A DNA stretch of 27,778 nt from the IMG/VR virus record IMGVR_UViG_2802429234_000007, positions 1 to 27,778 of that record. The stretch is one strand, 5' to 3'. Origin of the DNA: a virus (Duplodnaviria; Heunggongvirae; Uroviricota; Caudoviricetes). Shown piece after piece: positions 9,744-19,175 of the stretch; position 1 is the stretch's first letter, and the number at the start of each line of letters is the position of its first letter. Position numbers and translations under genes: made by a program. The notes below the pieces were generated by a model. The model saw only the letters and a program-made list of their open reading frames with translations. It did no database searches and was not told the origin of the DNA.

Positions 9744-10191
9744 TCAGTGCCTTTAAATGCTTTTGCCACACCATTGGCCACGGCGATCCCCGTATATTCC
9801 CAGTGCCGATTATCCAGCCATATAGCGGCGGCGATATCGTCAACAGAGTCCTGACCATGCGGTAAATAATGACGGCGTAGAATTAAATATTGTTCGAGTC
9901 CATTTCTTTCAATTTCATGGACTCGCTTTGTCAGTTTTTTACTTCAATTTCCAGTTCTGGCGCATAAATATCATTTACTTTGCCAACCAGTTGAAGTGCA
10001 GCACCCGGACGCTTTAATACTTCGGTCAGTGCTTCTTTACTTTCCGTTGCCACAATTCGCGTCAGATAGTTATGTGCCGGGGCAACTTTATTATCCATCG
10101 CCATTTCATTAATAAATTTGTTGTAGGCGGTCTGATTTGGTTCAAAAACAATATCAACACCACAAACACACAGTTTAATTTGTTCCATCAC
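9740..10191 (-). CDS. Tail assembly chaperone -1 frameshift fusion product (E+E' / GT analogue), ~150 aa
   Basis: Hand translation: -1 frame from A_AAA_AAC (9940..9934) stays open for 64 codons and stops at UGA 9742..9740, overlapping the TMP ATG at 9743..9741. Confidence 0.65.
9931..10191 (-). CDS. Tail assembly chaperone (P2 gpE / lambda G analogue), zero-frame product
   Basis: 86-aa ORF immediately upstream of tape measure; ends at slippery heptamer. Confidence 0.7.
   Translation of the reverse strand: MMEQIKLCVCGVDIVFEPNQTAYNKFINEMAMDNKVAPAHNYLTRIVATESKEALTEVLKRPGAALQLVGKVNDIYAPELEIEVKN
9934..9940 (-). other. Programmed -1 ribosomal frameshift slippery heptamer A_AAA_AAC
   Basis: mRNA reads GUA AAA AAC UGA at the chaperone ORF end; canonical X_XXY_YYZ heptamer. 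Confidence 0.65.
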
Positions 10192-10474
10192 TCATACTCT
10201 CTCTTAAATTAATTTCGTCCACTAACTGATTATGACGCGCAGCACACTGGCCATAAATTTCAGGATAAATTGTCAGTAATTCCGCTGCATCTTTTCCTGT
10301 CGTACCGTTCAGGCGCGGCAGCTGCGTGGTGCATTTAGTTTTCAGGTTTTCCTGATAACGCACGCTCGGTACCAGCTGCGGCGCTGTTGTACATGCTGAC
10401 AAACTCATCAGACAGACAATGATTGGTAAAAACGGGCTTAAGTATTTCCGTGCGTATCTCACGCGGTGCCACAT
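10175..10474 (-). CDS. o-spanin (Rz1-like outer-membrane lipoprotein), overlapped with Rz
   Basis: N-terminus MWHRVRYARKYLSPFLPIIVCLMSLSAC has basic n-region, hydrophobic core and lipobox LSAC; gene starts inside Rz in another frame and extends past its stop. Confidence 0.65.
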   Translation of the reverse strand: MWHRVRYARKYLSPFLPIIVCLMSLSACTTAPQLVPSVRYQENLKTKCTTQLPRLNGTTGKDAAELLTIYPEIYGQCAARHNQLVDEINLRESMSDGTN

Positions 10475-10673
10475 TTTTTAACGCCTCCAGTTTATCTTCC
10501 AGCGCTCTGGCTGAATCACTGGCAATGCCCTGCATTACTTTTCGCGATTCATTACCGGCCACCTGCGCCGCTGTATTGATCGCCAGCTCTAAGCTGTCAC
10601 GCCGCCAGTCAGCGGTCAGCCAGCCCCAGACAAACGCCAGCGCCACCACAACCAGCCACTGCCCGCTGCTCAT
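10335..10673 (-). CDS. i-spanin (Rz-like)
   Basis: 112 aa with N-terminal TM helix (WLVVVALAFVWGWL) and charged helical periplasmic domain; start overlaps endolysin stop. Confidence 0.65.
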   Translation of the reverse strand: MSSGQWLVVVALAFVWGWLTADWRRDSLELAINTAAQVAGNESRKVMQGIASDSARALEDKLEALKNVAPREIRTEILKPVFTNHCLSDEFVSMYNSAAAGTERALSGKPEN

Positions 10674-11014
10674 CAGCGCACCCCGTTATGTTCCAGGCTG
10701 AAATGATTACCATCAGGTCTGGATTTGAAGCGTCCGCCCCAGGAACCACCCAGTGATTCCCAGTATTCCCCCAGTGGCAGATAATCTTCTGTACGGGTTT
10801 TGTACTGACCGTTCACGAACAGATTGAAATCCACCGCCAGCCGCTGGGTGTGCAGGCTGTTAGAAATGCCGCTGCCTTTCTTCGCATTCAGCGCGGCCTG
10901 TTCTGGTGTACGGTAAGCCTCACCGAACGTCAGTCTGTAGCCATGTTCTTCTGCCCAGTGGATCAGACTGGCCACCATGACTGTGAATAATTGCTGTTTT
11001 TCACTCAGGGTCAT
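10673..11014 (-). CDS. Endolysin, peptidase M15-type (L-Ala-D-Glu peptidase-like)
   Basis: ~113 aa from MTLSEKQ; zinc-ligand-like pattern SLHTQRLAVDF ... DGNHFSLEH; sits between holin and spanins. Confidence 0.7.
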   Translation of the reverse strand: MTLSEKQQLFTVMVASLIHWAEEHGYRLTFGEAYRTPEQAALNAKKGSGISNSLHTQRLAVDFNLFVNGQYKTRTEDYLPLGEYWESLGGSWGGRFKSRPDGNHFSLEHNGVR

Positions 11015-11303
11015 TTGTCTTGCTCCCGTTCTGCTTTCCCGCTGCACGTCTGCGCAGCCACACTTCCACCGCCTGATAACCGGCAATCCCCAGCGCCGCC
11101 CCCAGCCCCTGAATGGCCAGCGGGCTGGCATCCGGGATCTGAATTAGTACCGCCCCGGCCACCACTGAAACCAGACTGCCCAGGATCACGCGACCGGCAA
11201 ACAGGCGCGGCGTGATTGGGTCATTACTGGTCAGCACATTGCCGATGGCAATCAGTGCGCCAATGATCAGCAGTGAATAAAGACTCTTTTCATGCTCCTG
11301 CAT
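11001..11303 (-). CDS. Holin (multi-TM small membrane protein with charged C-terminus)
   Basis: 100 aa, two to three hydrophobic segments, C-terminal RRRAAGKQNGSKTNDPE; immediately upstream of endolysin. Confidence 0.65.
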   Translation of the reverse strand: MQEHEKSLYSLLIIGALIAIGNVLTSNDPITPRLFAGRVILGSLVSVVAGAVLIQIPDASPLAIQGLGAALGIAGYQAVEVWLRRRAAGKQNGSKTNDPE

Positions 11304-11312
11304 CCCTGCCCC

Positions 11313-11768
11313 TTATCCGATCAGGTTTTCTGTGGCTTCCGCTTCCAGATACGGCACACCGTTGATGTTGACGAATTTCGGACTGGTCACGAAATATTTG
11401 ATTTTGTGCGTGGTCACGCCGCCCCCTTTCGGATCAATATCCAGCAGGTTGCTGACCTGCAATTTATTGCCGAACGTCTCCACCTTCATTTCTTCGCTAC
11501 TGGCTTTGGCATAGAAAAGAAAATCAAGTGGGGGAAGCCCACGCCATGAACCCGCTGCGCGGGCTTTGGCTGTCAGCACCTGAAGTGTTTTTGAACTGAC
11601 TTCAATTTCCCCTTCGGCGGCAACATCGCCGTCTACATACCCATCAGGGACGCCACGCGTCTGGGCGGCAGCGCTGTTATCCGTAATATCGAGCGTGATT
11701 TTCTCGATATGGATCAGATCGCCGTCCATATAGGTGTCAAACGACATACCCGAAATACGTTTGGTCAT
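11313..11768 (-). CDS. Putative tail tube protein
   Basis: 151 aa directly after putative sheath and before chaperone/TMP; assignment by position and size. Confidence 0.5.
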   Translation of the reverse strand: MTKRISGMSFDTYMDGDLIHIEKITLDITDNSAAAQTRGVPDGYVDGDVAAEGEIEVSSKTLQVLTAKARAAGSWRGLPPLDFLFYAKASSEEMKVETFGNKLQVSNLLDIDPKGGGVTTHKIKYFVTSPKFVNINGVPYLEAEATENLIG

Positions 11769-12892
11769 GCTGTGGCCTCCAGACTGGCATCCAGTAACAG
11801 ACTGATGGTGATTTGCAGCGGCACTTCCCAGGTGCGCACCACAATGTAAATATCCACCGCCTTTTTGTTCTTCCAGACAATGGTCACATCACTATCCTGC
11901 GGCGGCTTCACCTCTCCCGGAAATGACACACCATTAATGCTGGCTGCAGTGGACATTTCACGCAGTGGACGGGCGAACAGTGTCTGATGTGCGGCGATAC
12001 TTCCCGGCGTGCTGTTCAGCGAGCGATCTGCGATTTTACTGATAGCCAGCAGACGAACACGGCGGGCCGCTTTATCCGCAACGCGCAGGGTTTCAATCGA
12101 CTGATAATCGCCGCCCTCAACATCCAGCGTGCGGCCATCTGCCCAGTAAAAACCGTCATAATCCGGGTACCACATCGGCACACTGAAACGCTGTGCTTCA
12201 AGCGCCTGAAGTGTGGCCAGTTCCAGCACTTCTCCGGTACCATCAACCGGCATTTCATCACTGCCCAGATTCATCAGAGCACCGGTTTTAACCCGCGCCG
12301 GACTGTCAGCAATGGTTACCGCACGGCTACACAGGCGACCAGCCAGCACGCCCGGTTCATTTCCCCACAAGCGGGGAACCAGCTGCACCGCTTTTTCTGC
12401 AATACCATCCTGAAGGGTGGCCATGCGTACCAGATAATCCGCCTGGGCTTCTTCATCCTGCATTCCCTGTGCGGCCAGGATGAACCACACCCAGCGGCCA
12501 TACTTTGAAATCAGGGTGGTTCGTAACGTCACGGCCTGATTTACCTGCGCTTTAGCGGTCACATCGTCAGACAGCACCACGCCTTCCACAGAGCACACCA
12601 CCTGCGCGGCCAGAACCGCTTTCACCCAAGCATCTGCCTCCGCATCAGCTGGCAGGACGTGAATGAACCCCCACCAGTTCTGGCCAGCGTTCGCCAGCGC
12701 AGCCAGAACATCATTTTTCAGCGGGCTGGCTTCCTCGCCCAGCAGTGAATCAAAATCACTCTGGGCATTCACCGCCAGCGTTTTCCCCACATTTTTGGTA
12801 CCCGTACCGATAAACAGCAGTGTGCGTTCCACCTCATTGGTTTCACCCAACAGCTGATTTACCTGGTTTACGGTCACAATTGGCCAGGTCAT
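11765..12892 (-). CDS. Putative tail sheath protein
   Basis: 375 aa between tail completion S-like gene and tube; assignment by position and size, sequence not confidently matched. Confidence 0.5.
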   Translation of the reverse strand: MTWPIVTVNQVNQLLGETNEVERTLLFIGTGTKNVGKTLAVNAQSDFDSLLGEEASPLKNDVLAALANAGQNWWGFIHVLPADAEADAWVKAVLAAQVVCSVEGVVLSDDVTAKAQVNQAVTLRTTLISKYGRWVWFILAAQGMQDEEAQADYLVRMATLQDGIAEKAVQLVPRLWGNEPGVLAGRLCSRAVTIADSPARVKTGALMNLGSDEMPVDGTGEVLELATLQALEAQRFSVPMWYPDYDGFYWADGRTLDVEGGDYQSIETLRVADKAARRVRLLAISKIADRSLNSTPGSIAAHQTLFARPLREMSTAASINGVSFPGEVKPPQDSDVTIVWKNKKAVDIYIVVRTWEVPLQITISLLLDASLEATA

Positions 12893-13596
12893 GCTTTCCC
12901 CTTAATATCCTGCGCTTTAACGTCCCAGCCAAAGCCGATGGCCTGAAGCTGACGCGCCAGCGCCTTGTCAAATTCATCATCATTCATGCCCAAAAACACA
13001 CGGGCAGGAAGATCCACTGTCCAGCTGGTTTTCACGGCTTTACCGCTGAGTTTTCGAATCAGCAGCCCCGCCTGGCTGTATGGCATCGTTTTGGTGATTT
13101 CGCCCAGTGTGGGCTTTTTCCATCTCTTACCGGTTTTCACCCGGTATCCCAGCGCCCGTAATTTTTTGGCCTGGGCAGGCGTCGCCATTTTCCCGGCCTC
13201 TGCCTTCCGTGGCTGATTACTGCGGCTGACCTTTACGCGCATTCCGTTTTGTTGCGCGTAACCCACTGTTCCGGCTGGTACCGGCGTTTCCCCGTTCCGG
13301 TATCCGCCGCCCTGCAAATAGATCCACACAGCCTGAATTTCTGGCATTTCACGGATATGCAGCAGCTTTGGCAGGTTGCGCAGCATCTTCCCTTTGCGTT
13401 TTGTCTTACGTCCCGGCCACTTCTGGCCATCCGGGGATTCCTGATTGCGCACATGCCGTTTTGCCGCAGCAATCACGCCATATTTGGCCAGACGCCAGAT
13501 CAGACGCTGCTGTTTTCTCGGCGGCAGCTCCATGCTGGCCAGTGCCTTGCGCAATTCGGCCAGCTGTTTTTTATTCAGCTCGCCACCGGCAATCAT
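12889..13596 (-). CDS. Tail completion / virion morphogenesis protein (gpS-like)
   Basis: 235 aa, basic; position after R-like gene with ATGA overlap. Confidence 0.5.
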   Translation of the reverse strand: MIAGGELNKKQLAELRKALASMELPPRKQQRLIWRLAKYGVIAAAKRHVRNQESPDGQKWPGRKTKRKGKMLRNLPKLLHIREMPEIQAVWIYLQGGGYRNGETPVPAGTVGYAQQNGMRVKVSRSNQPRKAEAGKMATPAQAKKLRALGYRVKTGKRWKKPTLGEITKTMPYSQAGLLIRKLSGKAVKTSWTVDLPARVFLGMNDDEFDKALARQLQAIGFGWDVKAQDIKGKA

Positions 13597-14099
13597 TCGC
13601 TATCCCCCACCGGCGCACCGGCCTCATCCACGCTGTAAATACTGGCGGTCAGTGCCGTCCAGATTTCAGGCTCAACCAGTGACCAGCGCTCACCCCGCCA
13701 CGGAATAGCCCCGTTTTCGTCCTGCCTGATCACCAGTTCTTCTACCATCGGAACAGTCAGCACCACAGTGGCCACTTCCTCATCCTCCACCGACACATCC
13801 CAGTCAGGTTCAGCTTCACTCAGCCCCACTTCATCCAGTAGTTCCCTGTCAGCATCATCCAGCCACGCCGCCAGTAAGGACATAAGCAACTGCGGCGGGC
13901 AAAGGCGATACGGGAAACGCTCCCAGCTCAGAACCGCGTCATATCGGATAACCGCCTGGCGATATTGTCCCAGCCCGTAATCCTTCGCCGCAGGGATGAA
14001 CTTCATCTCATTCAGCACACTGTCAAATGACTGCATCGCACGGGGCGGGACGTTATCTTTAAAAAATGTGGTCAGGCTTTGGATCTGCGTCTGGCTCAT
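13593..14099 (-). CDS. Tail completion protein (P2 gpR-like)
   Basis: 168 aa; segment LLMSLLAAWLDDA resembles recalled gpR motif; follows head completion gene with overlap. Confidence 0.5.
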   Translation of the reverse strand: MSQTQIQSLTTFFKDNVPPRAMQSFDSVLNEMKFIPAAKDYGLGQYRQAVIRYDAVLSWERFPYRLCPPQLLMSLLAAWLDDADRELLDEVGLSEAEPDWDVSVEDEEVATVVLTVPMVEELVIRQDENGAIPWRGERWSLVEPEIWTALTASIYSVDEAGAPVGDSE

Positions 14100-14548
14100 A
14101 CTTTTTTCACCGTTGCCCGTTTCAGCCCTTTCATACGGCGGATCACCACCGATGCTTCAGCCAGTAACCCCGCTCGGGTTTCCATACTTTCCTGTCCCGG
14201 ATGAGTATCGCGCCGCCCGATAGTGGCGAACTCCCCCAGCAGATCCGCTTTTGCCCTTGCAAAAACGGCCTTCATATACTGGGCGCACAGGCTGTTCAGT
14301 CCGCCCATTTTTACACCTGGTACCTCTGCCGCCAGCGTGTAGCCTTTCGCTATCCAACTGGACTCCACGTTTTCCAGTTCCGCATTCACCTCCGCCACCG
14401 CTGCAAGCAACGCCTGGCTGATGGTATCAGCGTCAATATCTGGCGGTAGTGACCGCTGCGCTTGAAAATCCTTCAGATTCAGATCTGGCCAAAATCCGTT
14501 ATTGGTCAGCGGTTCATCCTGATAATCCAGCGGCTTTCCGCTAAACAT
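14096..14548 (-). CDS. L: Head completion/stabilisation protein (P2 gpL-like)
   Basis: Probable start MFSGKPLDYQ; about 150 aa; sequence pattern and position after terminase small subunit gene match gpL. Confidence 0.7.
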   Translation of the reverse strand: MFSGKPLDYQDEPLTNNGFWPDLNLKDFQAQRSLPPDIDADTISQALLAAVAEVNAELENVESSWIAKGYTLAAEVPGVKMGGLNSLCAQYMKAVFARAKADLLGEFATIGRRDTHPGQESMETRAGLLAEASVVIRRMKGLKRATVKKV

Positions 14549-14644
14549 AAATCCCCCGAAAAAGGCGGACTGGCCGGTTTCCACGGCGCAGTTACACACA
14601 AGGTGTTCTGCCCTCCACCGCGTCCGCCTGGCTTGCGGTAGTCT

Positions 14645-15346
14645 TTACCCTTGAGTCAGTTTTCGGATACGGGCGGCAATTGTCTGCCGCGCCGTTCTGA
14701 CGCCAATTTTTGAGTAGTGTTTTTCTGCAATAGCCAGCAGTTGATCGGCTTTTTCCAGCGTTTCAATATCATCCACGCCCGCCGCCGTTTTCTGGCCATC
14801 GTCATTGCGTAGCAACTCCTGACCGGCAAACTTGAACCATTTGGCCGTCACCTGCTCATGCAGTCGCCAGGTGTTTGCCACCCGCTCAAACGTTCGGGTG
14901 AAATAAGGCTCCACACTTTCCCCGCGCCCTGCGGTTTCCTGCGCCCATGCCAGCATCGTATCCGCCACGAAAGTGGGAAAATTGCTGCGTAACCGATCCG
15001 GGGTTGCCTGCTGCTGGCTGATAGCAATGTCAGCCCAGTCCAGCGCCTTATCCAGATCGCCCACGTCAAACAGCCAGATAACACACCAGGCAAAAACCGG
15101 ATTTGCATACTCCTGGCCACTCTCCAGATAGGCTTCCACAGTGGGAACCCAGCGCGGCAACAGCACATTGCGTTTGTACTCGACGCGATCGGCGATGGTA
15201 GGCAGACTTCGAATATATTCCACATCCGTTTCCAGCGCCCTGACCAGCAAGTGCATGCTTTCCGTGGTTTCCAGTGCCTGGCTGCGCTTCAGCTTTTGTT
15301 CCATCGCAATACGCTGGCTGTGACGCTGCGCGGGGGAAAGTGCCAT
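14645..15346 (-). CDS. M: Terminase small (endonuclease) subunit, P2 gpM-like
   Basis: 233 aa; N-terminus MALSPAQRHSQRIAM matches recalled gpM N-terminus (SPAQRH); position N-M-L. Confidence 0.8.
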   Translation of the reverse strand: MALSPAQRHSQRIAMEQKLKRSQALETTESMHLLVRALETDVEYIRSLPTIADRVEYKRNVLLPRWVPTVEAYLESGQEYANPVFAWCVIWLFDVGDLDKALDWADIAISQQQATPDRLRSNFPTFVADTMLAWAQETAGRGESVEPYFTRTFERVANTWRLHEQVTAKWFKFAGQELLRNDDGQKTAAGVDDIETLEKADQLLAIAEKHYSKIGVRTARQTIAARIRKLTQG

Positions 15347-15349
15347 TTA

Positions 15350-16372
15350 TCAACCCTCCACCGGTTCGGAGACTTTGCCGATTGTCACAGCGGATTCATC
15401 AATAGCCGCATACAGCTCCGGCACTTCCACCGCGTAACCTTCATTGCGCAGGTATTTGTTTTCGAACTGCTTACGATCTTCAACAAACTCCGCCTTACGC
15501 ATACGGGTATTGCGCTGGGTGTAGATGTGCAGGTTAGAAAGCGGCGTAACCACCATGCGTTTACCCGGCATAAACGGCGGGATAATAGCCGGACGGCCAG
15601 CAATGGTGCTTCCCAGCATCTGCGCCGCGATTTTTTCAGTCGGACGGTCTGCTGCCTGATACAGTCGGTATTGTTCAGCTGCGACCAGATCGGCACCAAC
15701 CAGAACAACCAGACGCGGGTCATTGCGGAACTGTGCCGGGATTTTGGCGTTAATCAGATCGGACGCCATTGCATCCAGTGATTTGTAATCCCCGGCCTCA
15801 TCAAGCACCACGGCATCCGTCATAATCTGATTGCCGCCCAGCAGCGTTTTCATACGCTCATGCCAGCCAACGTTCACATCCTCGCCGTTCGGGTTAGTTT
15901 CCGGATCAGTGGTTTTCGCGCGACTTTTACCGTTAAAACCAATGCGCAACATATCCAGCGCAAAAGCCTGCGTGGTGAATGCCTGTACCAGGTTGTAAAA
16001 CTCGTTTTCGTCCTTACCGGCGTTTGCCCAGACAGAAAGCAGATCCCAGCGCAACGCGGCACAGCTGTCTGTTTCAACCAGGGAATAGTCATTACCGTCA
16101 ACGCCTACCTGACGAATGAAACGGCCATTTTCGCTGCGGCCGGTATGCAGCACAGAGGAACCGACAGAGATCACCTGGCCACTCAGCTGGTCAACATCCA
16201 GACAGGTGATCATGTTCAGGAACTCGACGGACTCCAGCAACGCAAGACGCAGCGCATTTTCCTGCGGGTCATTCAGGGAAAAATATCGACTGGTATCACG
16301 CGCACCAAACTGCTGCGCCATCCCCGCCGAATATTTATCCAGTAAATCCCGCGCACGATTATTAAGGTGCAT
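15350..16372 (-). CDS. N: Major capsid protein, P2 gpN-like
   Basis: ~341 aa from MHLNN (GAGGGAG RBS upstream); internal segment IGFNGKSRAKTTDPETNPNGEDVNVGW resembles gpN. Confidence 0.85.
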   Translation of the reverse strand: MHLNNRARDLLDKYSAGMAQQFGARDTSRYFSLNDPQENALRLALLESVEFLNMITCLDVDQLSGQVISVGSSVLHTGRSENGRFIRQVGVDGNDYSLVETDSCAALRWDLLSVWANAGKDENEFYNLVQAFTTQAFALDMLRIGFNGKSRAKTTDPETNPNGEDVNVGWHERMKTLLGGNQIMTDAVVLDEAGDYKSLDAMASDLINAKIPAQFRNDPRLVVLVGADLVAAEQYRLYQAADRPTEKIAAQMLGSTIAGRPAIIPPFMPGKRMVVTPLSNLHIYTQRNTRMRKAEFVEDRKQFENKYLRNEGYAVEVPELYAAIDESAVTIGKVSEPVEG

Positions 16373-16434
16373 AAAACTCCCTCGCAATTAAGCGATTTAA
16401 AAATATATTCTGGGCTAATTAGCAATAAAGCGAA

Positions 16435-17238
16435 TTACAGGAAATTAAATTTCCCAGCTTTATCTTTTATAGTACGCCCCGGTGTACGGGTGTTTTTATT
16501 ACCCAGTTCGTTAAAGCGGGTTACGATTTCTTTTGCATTATCGCGAATTGCCGCAAATTCCTGCGTATCCACCACTTCAGCAATTGTGTCAACATCACCC
16601 TGAACGTCATTCAGTTGAGTTTCAATTTTCGCCACTCGCGCTTCCAGATCGTTCACCACATTGGCAAGCGCCTGTAATTTATCTTCATCCGGAGCAGGAT
16701 TATCCTGCGGCGTTTCATCTTCAAACTTTGGCTTAATACCAAACAGTTTCTGCCAGTTCTTCATTCTTGCTTCCTGTTTAATTTTTCCGTCGCGGGAAAT
16801 TACACAGCTGTAATATCCCTGCTTTGTTAATTTATTGCGCCGACGACTAAAGCGCAGCCGTGTGGTGCCAACGCTGGCAGGTGTATCTGTTACCGCCAGC
16901 CCTTTCAGGTAAGTACGCCCGCTACCACGCCAGTTTTCTTCCGGCTCAATGGAGAAGAACAAAAGCTGATCTTCATGATTTGCGAAAATCAGACGCATAT
17001 TCGGGCAAAGGCTGACATATAACCGTGCCAGTCCATCTTCACCATCATTCCAGGTGGCTTCCAGCACTTCACCAAAATTCCCGCAATCATCCTCATGTTC
17101 TGGCCAGATTAAAGCGACATAGTGGCTATAGTCATAGGTTTCCCCCATATCAATGATCCACTGCCGTTTAATTACCCTGCCATCAACGGTATCCCCTTCA
17201 GTAGCAACACACAGCCAGTCAGTTTTTAAATGTGACAT
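16435..17238 (-). CDS. O: Capsid scaffolding protein, P2 gpO-like
   Basis: ~268 aa from MSHLK; acidic coiled C-terminal half; LKGLAVTDTPASVGT segment resembles gpO; diverges from terminase gene. Confidence 0.8.
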   Translation of the reverse strand: MSHLKTDWLCVATEGDTVDGRVIKRQWIIDMGETYDYSHYVALIWPEHEDDCGNFGEVLEATWNDGEDGLARLYVSLCPNMRLIFANHEDQLLFFSIEPEENWRGSGRTYLKGLAVTDTPASVGTTRLRFSRRRNKLTKQGYYSCVISRDGKIKQEARMKNWQKLFGIKPKFEDETPQDNPAPDEDKLQALANVVNDLEARVAKIETQLNDVQGDVDTIAEVVDTQEFAAIRDNAKEIVTRFNELGNKNTRTPGRTIKDKAGKFNFL

Positions 17239-17399
17239 ATCCCCCCTGTTCCACTCCCTGACGCTGCAAATCAATTATTGCCAAATAAAACCGCCACCGC
17301 ATTACGCTTTATTCTGAACAGTTCGGTTATAACGCTTTACCGAACAGACACGAATTAACACCACCGTTTTTTCATCACAGCCACGGCATAATTATCCGT

Positions 17400-19175
17400 A
17401 TGGCTAAATACTCTGAAGAATTAAAAGGCGTTGTTCGCGCACTTTATCTGCGCCGCTATACGCCAAAGGAAATCGCATCTGAATTAAATCTGCCGAATGC
17501 GCGGATCGTTTACTACTGGGCGGAAAAATACAGCTGGGCGGATTTGCTCAGTTTTGAAAGCACTGAGGAAGCAATTGAACGCCGTTACCAGCTGCTGGCC
17601 AGCCGCGATAACAAAACCGAGCTCGACCTGAAAGAAATGGACATGCTCATTGCTCATGCCACGAAACTGCGTGCGCAGAGTAATAAACACAAAGAGAAAA
17701 TGGCCAGCGGTCAGAGTTCCGGGCAAGCAGCTGCGCGGGACAACAATGACGACGAACCACGCAGCAAACGGAAATACAAGAAAAACGATATTACGTCGCT
17801 GACGCAGGAGGACTTTGGCGCATGGGCTGAGGAACGTCTTTTTGAATATCAGAAACACCTGCGCAATAACATTGGCCAGCTTGTCAGGAACATCCTGAAA
17901 AGCCGCCAGATCGGTGCGACCTGGTATTTTGCGTTTGAAGCGTTTGAAAATGCGGTGATGACCGGCGATCCGCAAATCTTTCTGTCAGCGTCAAAGGCAC
18001 AGGCTGAAGTGTTCCGGTCTTACATCGTGAATATTGCAGAGCAGTATTTCGGTATTACGCTAACCGGCAACCCGATCCGCTTAAGCAATGGCGCAGAACT
18101 GCGTTTTCTGTCCACCAACAAAAACACCGCCCAGTCCTACAGCGGCCACCTGTACTGTGACGAATATTTCTGGGTGCCAAACTTTGCAAAACTTAACGAA
18201 GTGGCCAGCGCAATGGCCACACATGACAAGTGGCGCACCACCTATTTTTCAACGCCATCGGCAAAAACGCACCAGGCGTACCCGTTCTGGACGGGCGATG
18301 AGTGGAAACAGGGCAGCAAAAAACGTGCAGCCATTAAGTTTCCGTCCTTTGACGAAATGCGTGACGGCGGGCGGCTCTGCCCGGATGGACAATGGCGCTA
18401 CGTCATTACGATGGAAGATGCCATTGCGGGCGGTTTCAACCTGGCGAATATCGAAAAACTGCGCAACCGCTACAACGACACCACTTTTAACATGCTCTAT
18501 ATGTGCGTGTTCGTTGACAGCAAAGATTCCGTTTTCAGCTTTTCCGACCTGGAAGCCTGCGGCGTTGAAGTCGACACCTGGCAGGATCACAACCCTGATG
18601 CAGCCCGTCCATTCGGTGACAGGCCAGTGTGGGGCGGCTTTGACCCGGCTCGCAGCGGGGATTTGTCCTGTTTTGTCATCATCGCCCCGCCGATGCTCGC
18701 CGTGGAGAAGTTCCGCGTTCTGAAGGTGATTTACTGGAAAGGCATGAACTTCCGTTACCAGGCAAAACAGATCGAGCAGTTGTTCAAAAAATATAACTTC
18801 ACTTATCTGGGGGTGGACGTTACCGGCATTGGCCAGGGTGTTTTTGACAACATTCAGCATTTTGCCATGCGTGTGGCCGTCCCTATTCGTTACGACCTGA
18901 ACACCAAAAATAAGCTGGTACTGAAAGCGGTGGACGTGGTGGAAAGCCAGCGTATTGAGTGGGATAAAAACCTGAAAGAGATCGCGGCCAGCTTTATGTC
19001 TGTGCGTCGAACCACCACACAAAGCGGCAACGCCATGACGTTTGTCGCTGACCGCAGCCAGGATACCGGCCACGCAGAGGCATTCTGGGCAATTACCCAC
19101 GGTCTGTATAACGAACCCCTTAACTATGAAAACAAACCTAAATCCCGCTGGGGTGTAAGGAAAGAGGCAGCATGA
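17400..19175 (+). CDS. P: Terminase large (ATPase) subunit, P2 gpP-like
   Basis: 591 aa; deviant Walker A SRQIGATW, Walker B HLYCDEYFW, C-terminal nuclease-like region. Confidence 0.9.
   Translation: MAKYSEELKGVVRALYLRRYTPKEIASELNLPNARIVYYWAEKYSWADLLSFESTEEAIERRYQLLASRDNKTELDLKEMDMLIAHATKLRAQSNKHKEKMASGQSSGQAAARDNNDDEPRSKRKYKKNDITSLTQEDFGAWAEERLFEYQKHLRNNIGQLVRNILKSRQIGATWYFAFEAFENAVMTGDPQIFLSASKAQAEVFRSYIVNIAEQYFGITLTGNPIRLSNGAELRFLSTNKNTAQSYSGHLYCDEYFWVPNFAKLNEVASAMATHDKWRTTYFSTPSAKTHQAYPFWTGDEWKQGSKKRAAIKFPSFDEMRDGGRLCPDGQWRYVITMEDAIAGGFNLANIEKLRNRYNDTTFNMLYMCVFVDSKDSVFSFSDLEACGVEVDTWQDHNPDAARPFGDRPVWGGFDPARSGDLSCFVIIAPPMLAVEKFRVLKVIYWKGMNFRYQAKQIEQLFKKYNFTYLGVDVTGIGQGVFDNIQHFAMRVAVPIRYDLNTKNKLVLKAVDVVESQRIEWDKNLKEIAASFMSVRRTTTQSGNAMTFVADRSQDTGHAEAFWAITHGLYNEPLNYENKPKSRWGVRKEAA

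Noticed and set aside
1160-16391. Numerous plus-strand ORFs of 60-190 aa across the tail and head region (for example 1283..1615, 2908..3387, 9105..9572, 11987..12508, 15251..15781, 15860..16345)
   Set aside because: All lie antisense within long, well-supported minus-strand structural genes and show low-complexity or Arg/Cys-rich translations typical of antisense frames
17239-17399. P2-type Ogr binding site TGT-N12-ACA in the O/P intergenic region
   Set aside because: Only one TGT is present and it is not followed by ACA at the right spacing; not called
17484-19100. Minus-strand ORFs 17484..17975 and 18249..19100 and plus-strand ORF 18088..18723 inside the terminase gene
   Set aside because: Embedded in the terminase large-subunit coding region, which has clear ATPase motifs; alternative frames are not supported
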